Assembly: GCF_009914755.1 (NCBI RefSeq)
Contig: NC_060947.1
DNA from: the human T2T-CHM13v2.0 reference genome, Homo sapiens
Reading direction: 5' to 3' (one strand)
DNA: 64,000 nucleotides
Below the pieces are notes generated by a model that saw only the letters and a list, made by a program, of their open reading frames with translations, ran no database searches and was not told the DNA's origin. Shown here piece after piece: positions 47,996-64,000 of the stretch; the first letter of the stretch is position 1, and every line of letters begins with the position of its first letter. The translations under genes and the position numbers were made by a program.

Positions 47996-48269
47996 ATAGT
48001 GAATAATAGTATCTAATACAGCAGCAGAATCACCTTTCTCTTTCTGAGATGGTTTCTTGTCTATTCCTGGGTCTATTCCAAGCTAGTAGATATTCACTCT
48101 TACCAATCATAAAAAAGAAAGATCAGATATGTATTCAGCTTAACTGCTCAGTTAATCCTAGCATCTAGGGATGAATAATCTCAGATTTTCTGCTGTCTAG
48201 TCTGCAAGTAACTATAGTTCTGTTGGAAGTGTGAGAGATGGTTAGAACAAAAGTTAATAAAAAGAATGT

Positions 48270-48550
48270 GTTGTTTAAAATTTCTGTTAGAAAAGTGAAA
48301 TAAGTTTTGAGATTTGTTACACAGCAGGATGACTATAGTCAATAATAATATATTGTATATTACAAAATAACTTAGTAAATTCAAATATCTCACCACAAAA
48401 CAACAATAGGCAAGTGAAGTGATGGATATGTTAATTAGCTTGATTTAATCATTTCACATTGTATACATATATCAAAACTTCACATTGTAGCATATAAATG
48501 TATACATTTATGATTTAGCATTGAAAGTAATATTGATAAAAGTAAATTTT
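48270..48550 (+). mobile_element. L1MA 3'UTR fragment
   Basis: 'taagttttgagatttgttacacagcaggatgactatagtcaataat...gatggatatgttaattagcttgattta'. Confidence 0.8.
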
Positions 48551-48759
48551 TAAAATAATATAATGTGCTGTATAGTCTAGCACCTAAATTCCAAATTATT
48601 TGTTAAACATCATTTAGAAATTGTTTGTGCCTTCCTTTTTTTCTTCATAGTGTTCTATGAAAATATACCTGTTTTTAATAATGTGATGATTTCTTAACTT
48701 CTCTATGTACTTTTGCTGATCTTTCTCTCTTATACATAAAAATGTGGGGGGTTTGTGCC

Positions 48760-48940
48760 TCTATTAACGCTCTTATCATAGTCTTACTCAGAACACACTT
48801 TTTAAAGTTTGTGTTTTTCTCCCCACTACAAAGAGCTCCTTAAGAAAGAAGGGGTTCTGTTTGGGACATTTCATGTATTCTGAGTAATACCTAATGCAGT
48901 AGCTGGGACATATTAGGCAATTAGCAAATATTTGTTGAAC
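48760..48940 (+). mobile_element. L2 3' relic
   Basis: 'ctccccactacaaagagctcctt...gggacatattaggcaattagcaaatatttgttgaa'. Confidence 0.65.
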
Positions 48941-50296
48941 TGCCTCTGTTGTTTGGTTATCAATGCAACTTATTTTTATTACAGATTTTGTGTGTTGTCC
49001 ATTTGTAAATTCTTCAGTCCTTGGGATCCCTGAAAGGCAGTGTTAGAATAGTTCAACTACCAAACTTCACCAACTTAACACCATTTACAATTATCACAGA
49101 AACACGTATTACTAGATTACAAGGCTTATTTTCATTAATTCTCTGCATAATCTACTTCATAAATTTGCGCCTCACCTATCCACATAGTCAAGGACCTGGA
49201 AAACTCAAATTATTTTCTGCTATGCTTTAAGCCTCCCTGCTTCTGTATACAAGATAAGAGTGTGAAGTCTTCATTATTGTACTGTTTTCACACCCAGGCA
49301 TAAGTTATGGATACAGCAACAGAGAGTGAAATTTCTTTGTGCTTCTCATTGGCTTCGGTTCGCTGCCTTAAACGGACTGAGTCAAGGCCATGTTTTCATG
49401 CCATAGACATGCTATTCAAATACCAGTGTGACCACATTTGAAAAGCCATCCTGTACCACTTCATTGCCGCAGATGTCTTTTACATCTGGCAAGGGCCGTT
49501 TCTCTGCATGTCAACAGTAATTCAGTTTAACAGCTGTCTCTTTTGACAAGCTTAGTGTCAGACTCTAAAATGACAGGGTGACAGTTTTTCTTTTCTTTAA
49601 CAGAACATAGTGCAAATTAACTATTTGAATACAGAAGCATTGAATGTATTTAGAGCAGTTTTTTTCTGAGTAAGCTGAATAGGCTTTGGGATTTTATTTG
49701 TATGATTACATGGTCTATAAAGCTATTGAAGCTGATGATTCAAGGCATTCTGCAGGGAGCTTCGATCTGTACCTTAAATATGCTCATGTACAACATAACA
49801 CTTAAATGAGGGTAAAGCAATTATTGTAAAGAAACAGTGGAATTTGAGACATTGGTGAAATAAACACTTGTGTCGCATTGTCTAAACTTGCCAGAATTCT
49901 CTGGATTCAAGTCACAGAGAGTTAAGTTCTTGCAGATATCACAGCCGATTGTATCACAGGCTATTTTTTTTTTTTTGGTTGTTCCAGACAGCATGTACAC
50001 CATCTTTTCTAAATAAAACCAGCTATAAGAGCGGAATCTTGGAAAAATCATGAACATTTGACTATACTGGCCTATGTTTTCCCCTATTTCCATTTTTCTG
50101 TTAATATTTCTTCTAATGTCTGCCTGCCTCCAAGTAATACCCAGGAACTCTCCTTGTCTCCTATATGGTTCTCTTGAGTTCAACAAATCTTGACTAAGCA
50201 ACTACTTTCTGCCACAGAGCTACTCACTGGGGATATTTTGAGGAGCAAAGGCAGATATAAACCCTGTCTTCATAGAGGTTTCAGTCCATTGGCATA

Positions 50297-50570
50297 TATT
50301 AACTTTCTACTACTATTGTAACAAATTATCACAAACTTAGCAGTTTAAATCAGCACAAGTTTATTATGTCACAGTTATGTAGGTCAGAGAAGTCCAGGTA
50401 CAGCATGGCTCAACTATTTTCTCTGCTTAGAGTCTCACAATACCCAAATCAAGATATTGGCAAGTCTGCTGTCTTCTAAAGGCAGTAAGGAAGAATATGT
50501 TTACTTGTTCATTCAGGTTGTTGGCAGAATTGAATTCACTGTGGTTGTAAGACTGAGTTCCTCATTGTTT
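50297..50570 (-). mobile_element. MLT1-type MaLR LTR, truncated
   Basis: 'tgtaacaaattatcacaaacttagcagtttaaa.cagcacaagtttattat'...'ttcaggttgttggcagaatt'. Confidence 0.8.
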
Positions 50571-50571
50571 C

Positions 50572-53168
50572 ATTAGGTACTTTTTCAGTAGTTTATTTTA
50601 GTGTGTAGAATTGCAGTTGATTTTTATGTGTTGATTTTGTATCCTGCAAATGCACTGAATTCATTCATTAGTTTTAACAGTTTTTTTTTTTGTTGGAGTC
50701 TTTAAGACTTTCTATATATGATCATGTCATCTGGAAACAAAATTTTACTTATTTCTTTTGAATGTGGATGCTTTGTAGTTTCTTTTCTTGCCTTAATTCT
50801 CTGACTAGGAATTTTCGTACTATGTTACATACAAGTGGCCAGAGTAAGCATCCGTGTCTTCTCTTTGTTTTAGAGAAAAAGCTTTCAAATTTTTACCTTA
50901 GAGTATGATGTTAGCTGTGGCCTTGTGATGCGTGGCCTTTATTGTGTTGAGTGAAATTTCTTCTATACCTAATTTGCTGAGAGTTTTTATCATGAAAGGA
51001 GATTGAGTTTGTCAGCTGCTTCTCTGCATCTATTGAAACTATCATGGTTTTTGTCTTTCATTCTTTAATGCAGTGTACCACATTCATTGATTTGTGTTTG
51101 TTAAAAATTCCTAGCATCACAGAATAAATACTACTTTATCATAATGTATGAGTCAATTAACATACTGCAAAATTTGGGTTGCTACTATGTAGTTGAGTAT
51201 TTTTACATTTGTGTTCATCAGGGATATTCGCCTGTAATTTACTTTTTTATAGTGCCATTGGTTAACTTTGGTATCAGGGTAATGCCAAATAGGTAAAATT
51301 AGTTTGAAAATATTCTCTCCGCTTCAAATATTTGTAACAGTTTGAGAATAATTGGTTTTTATTCTTCTTTAAATGCTTAGTATAATTCACAAATAAAGGC
51401 ATCAGGTCCTAGACTTTAATGAATCAGTTTCTTATCAATGATTCCATTGATCATTTATTATTGTTCTATTTAGGTTTTCAATCTGAAATATAACTAATTC
51501 AGTTTTGAAATGTTGTATGTGTCTAGAAATTTATCAATTTTTTTAGGTTATCCAATATGTTAGAATATAGTTATTAGAATACCTGTATTCTTGGATATTT
51601 TATTTTTTGTTGCAATTATGAATGTGCTTATGTTCCTGATTTGGCTCTCAGCTTGGGTGCTCTTAGTGTATAGGAATGTGTCTGATTTTGTGCATTCATT
51701 TTGTATCCCTTTGCTGCAGTTGCTTATCAGCTCAATGAGCTTTTAGGTGGAGACTGTGAGGTTTTGGGGGTTTTCTAGATATAGAATCGTGTCATCCAAA
51801 AACAGCGATAGTTTGACTTCTTCACTTTTCATTTGGATGCATTTTATTTCTCTCTCTTGTATGATTGCTCTGGCCAGGACTTCCAATATTGTGTTAAGTA
51901 TGAGTGATGAGAGAGGGTATCCTTGTCTTCTTCCTGGTTTTAAAGGGAATGCTTCCAGCTTTTGCCTATTCAGTATGATGTTGGCTGTGGCTTTGTCATA
52001 GATGGTTTTTATTATTTTGAATTATGTTTCTTCAATGTCTAGTTTATTGAGGGTTTTTAACATGATGGGATGATGAATTTTATAAAAAGCATTTTCTGCA
52101 TCTATTGAGATAATCATGTGGCTTTGTATTTAGTTCCATTTATTTGATGAATCACATTTATTGATTTGCATATGTTGAACCACCCTTGCATCCTAAGGAT
52201 CAAGCCTACTTGATCATGGTGAATTAGCTTTTTGATGTGCTGCTGGATACAGTTTGCTGGTATTTTGATGAAGATTTTTGCATCTCAGTTCATTAAGGAT
52301 ATTGGCCTACTTTTTTTTGGACTCCTCCAGGTTTTGGTATAAGGATGATGCTGGCCTCATAGATCCCTACCTTTTCAATGAAGTTACAAAACACTGCTCA
52401 GAGTAATCAGAGATGACACAGACAAATGAAGAAACATTCCATGCTCTTGGGTAAAAAGAATCAATATCCTTAAAATGGCCATATGGTGAAAAGAAATTTA
52501 CAGATTCAATGCTATTTCTATCAAACTACCAATGACAGAAATAGAAAAAAAAAATCTTAAACTTCATATGGAACCAAAAAAGAGCCAGTATAGCCAAGGC
52601 AATCCTAAGCAAGAATAACAAAGCTGAAGGAATCACATTGCCCATTTTCAAACTGCACAAAGCTACAGGCCAGGGTCTGGAGCATAGACAGGTACAGAGT
52701 AACAGTGGCACTTGGGTCTGGGGCATGCTTTGTTGGGGGTGGTGACAGCTCAGCCTCAGGGTAGCACTACAGTGGTGTTTTCCTGAGGAAGTGCACCGCA
52801 ACAAATCACTGTTCAGGGGGTCCATGATGGTGATGGCTGTTGGTTACTTCAGTGATTAAAGTGGTCAGGGTCCTCTGCAGATCAGGGCACTGGGACCAAG
52901 GTGGCACCTGCTTTGTCACTAATATTGATAGTCTCTGCCCTTTTCCTTTGTTCCCATGATCTTCACACATCTCAGGTATGCTGATCTCCCCAGAAACTTT
53001 TTCTATGTGGTTATTTTTTTTCTCCACTGTTTTACTGGAGGTTTTTAATTGGACTCTTGGGCCCTCTCAAGGCTATTTTCATTCACTGGTAGTTGTCTAA
53101 TTATTGGTTTTAATAGAAGAATAAAGCTGGTATCTCCCACTTTACCATCCTGATGACATCATTTCCCA
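50572..53168 (-). mobile_element. L1M host (ORF2 piece 50572-51580; 5'UTR piece 52669-53168) with large internal loss
   Basis: Reverse ORF2 RT-region sequence. 5' start 'ccatcctgatgacatcatttccc' at 53146-53168. Confidence 0.7.
51581..52668. mobile_element. Younger L1P ORF2 piece with inversion (51581-52362 minus; 52375-52668 plus), 3' end missing
   Basis: The two oppositely oriented pieces are consecutive in ORF2 order. Confidence 0.8.
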
Positions 53169-53754
53169 AATATTTAGGTCCTTATATTTCAAATATCAAA
53201 AAATCTTTTAAGAGTCATCCCTGGAAATGTCCTCATGTTTAAAACCTATGGTTTAGGGCCTAAAATTAAGGCTCAATATTATACAAGCCTTGCCATCTGG
53301 GAGAAACTTGGAAGCCTCAAATGGCCTAAATTCAAGTTTCAAGTTTTCCTCTCTGTTTTACTCCCACAGAAGGGTTCCCTATTCAAACACCTTTCATTGT
53401 TATGGAGAAGACACTGTTTCTGCTTACCCTGAGTAGCAGGCCATTGGTACCTTGAAGACCATGAAATTATTCACAGAAGTCTGTCATATTCTTCCGTGAA
53501 AACCTAGTCATGTGGGTTGGTAGACAGTGGATCTGTATTTTTGTAAAGGAAAATTGAGAAGACTAGCCTTCCTAAAAATGACTTATTAATAGTGGAATCA
53601 CATCGATACAGCAGACAGTGGGATAAATTTGGGAGCCAAAGAGCTGTGACTGGTGCTACTCATTATACAATATAAGAAAATGCATGCCAATGCATACAGT
53701 AGGCTTTTGTGGCCAAGTAAACGGTTCTTCCAAACCCAAAGTGAAAAAAAAAAA

Positions 53755-53915
53755 TATAATCAGGAGACAAGAAATCTAAATTTTAAAGACATTTAAGTTT
53801 TGTACCTAGTTCTGTAAGTAACTAGTAAAATGACTTAGGCAATTTATCTTCCCTGTGTCTCTGTATTTCTACTTGTAGAAAAGTCTGTGAAAGGGTTAGA
53901 CTCAATTGCTTCCAT
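53755..53915 (+). mobile_element. MIR/MIR3 relic
   Basis: 'tgacttaggcaattt...tgtgtctctgtatttctacttgtagaa'. Confidence 0.55.
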
Positions 53916-54169
53916 ACCTTCATTTATTTCTGAAATTTTATATAGCTAAAAAAGATTTATAGGGATAAATTTTACCCTGAACTTATACACAATATAAAAT
54001 GTTGTGGGACATGTTGGAAAGTAGAGAGCTACTACAAATTGACCTTTTGTGGTGCAAGAGGGGGACCTTTCAGATACTGAAAATCTTTTCAGATTTTGGG
54101 GAGTAATGCAAACTAAAAAAGTATTTTTTCTGATTCCCTTTCTTCATTCCAATGTTCCAAATCATATCA

Positions 54170-62765
<8,596 letters not shown>

Positions 62766-62802
62766 TTTCAATTTTAGTAACATTTTTATCTTATCGAAAA
62801 TA

Positions 62803-63027
62803 TTTTTTAACTTTTATTTTAGGTTCAAGGGTATATGTGAATGTTTGTTATATAGGTAAATTGCATGTCATATGGGTTTTTGTACAGATTAGTCACCCAG
62901 GTAATAACCATAGTACCCAATAGGTAGTTTCTCAATGTTCAACCTCCTCTCACCCTCCTTTCTCAAGCAGCTACTGATGTCCTTTGTTCCCTTCTTTGTG
63001 GCCATGTGTATTCGATGTTTAGCTCCT
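62803..63027 (-). mobile_element. L1PA16/L1PB-type 3' tail
   Basis: 'aacttttattttaggttcaagggtatatgtg...tgtacagattagtcacccagg'. Confidence 0.8.
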
Positions 63028-63034
63028 CCAGCCT

Positions 63035-63637
63035 TGAAAGGTACTTATCAGGCCCTAGCCAGAGATAACCATGCTGGAATTTTCTCCACTGATAAGCATG
63101 CACATTCCTTCAAAAATTGAAGTTTTTTTTTGTTCATTATAATAGTAACCTTTTGTTCATTATAATAGTAACAAACAGAAGTCTGGGTGGAGGTTTTATA
63201 TGCTAATAAGACATGCAATGTGTGTACTAGCACATACAACCACAAAGCATAGGTGCCCAAAGAGACTTCCTAAAACATTGTTGCAAGTAACACCCCCTTG
63301 GCCATTTATAAAAAAATTATGTAAGATTCTCATAAAGAGAATATTCCAGCACTAGCTGTTGCTGGCTCATTCTTTTGAGCAGCCCGCTCTGTCTCATCTT
63401 TCAGAGTGTGTACTCTCTCTTTAAATGAACACTACTACGACTACTATTACTACTACCACTACTACTACTACTAATATTCCAACTGGACCTGCCTGGGGCT
63501 GTTTTCCACTCCTCTCTAGGAAGGTACTTATCTACCTTCAATAAACTCTGCTACTTAACCATTGCTATGCATCTATTGTCTGAATTCTATCTTTCAAGTT
63601 AGGCAAGAACCAAGGATTACCACACTTCCTGGTCACA
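63035..63637 (+). mobile_element. ERV1-class 5' LTR (family not identified)
   Basis: TG...CA ends and AATAAA at ~63540-63545. Contains (CTA)n at ~63431-63473 and a 22-bp direct repeat at ~63128-63172. Followed by a PBS. Confidence 0.7.
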
Positions 63638-64000
63638 TACTGTGGTGCTGTGGCTCAGACGGCCTTTCCTGTGAACTTTTCTCTGAGGTAAGTGCCGAGG
63701 GTGGTTGAGTCCCCAAGTTGACTGCCTCTGATTTTTCTGCATTGCCTAATGCTGTTCTTGCCACTTTAAGGTGTGAAGTTTTTTCTCTCCCTCCCTTGCT
63801 CACATATAAGCCTCACAGATCAGACTGCTTACCCCTGCCAGCCTGTCCTTTTGTTCTTGGCAGGGCTTTCTCACATTTCTTTCTTCACTTTTACCTTTGA
63901 CCGACGAGGCTGATTTGGAGGTCCTTTCTGCTGTGTATGTCAGAATTCCTCTCCATCTGTCCAGGGCAAATAGAGTTTTTATCCACACAGAGAAAAACTT
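63638..64000 (+). mobile_element. ERV internal leader; continues right of the window
   Basis: PBS followed by consensus splice donor GAG|GTAAGT at 63685-63693. Confidence 0.6.
63643..63660 (+). promoter_or_regulatory. Retroviral primer-binding site, tRNA-His-like
   Basis: tggtgctgtggctcagac matches TGGTGCCGTGACTCGGAT at 14/18 positions, 5 nt after the LTR end. Confidence 0.6.

Noticed and set aside
49821-50201. 126-aa minus-strand ORF with several Cys in unique sequence
   Set aside because: TTG start, runs through a mononucleotide tract (KKKK), and has no recognisable domain or exon structure. Its length is compatible with chance.

Overview
This is primate (human-like) genomic DNA, identified by AluJ/AluS and L1PA elements. 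It is AT-rich and roughly 80% interspersed repeats by my hand tally. It holds stacked LINE-1s of many ages, including two near full-length L1PA-type copies (30405-38559 and 54806-60770) and a long ancient L1M copy (12260-17935). It also contains Alus, MIR/L2 relics, DNA transposon fossils (Tigger1, Tigger2a, MARNA, MER33), solo LTRs (MLT2A, MLT2B, MER41-like, MLT1) and the 5' end of an ERV1 provirus at the right edge. I cannot support any intact protein-coding gene, RNA gene or CRISPR array: the listed ORFs are broken L1/Alu/Tigger frames or low-complexity artefacts. I found no convincing new biological system. The most unusual structure is an old, circularly permuted ~1.27 kb duplication at 41481-42749 with reciprocal junctions, consistent with a circular-DNA intermediate. 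Other points of note are an L1 3' transduction, two 5'-inverted (twin-primed) L1s, a tail-to-tail inverted L1 pair, a possible decayed retroviral env, and a few candidate microexons and an enhancer-like island in the unique sequence. Subfamily names come from recalled consensus sequences and need RepeatMasker/Dfam confirmation.
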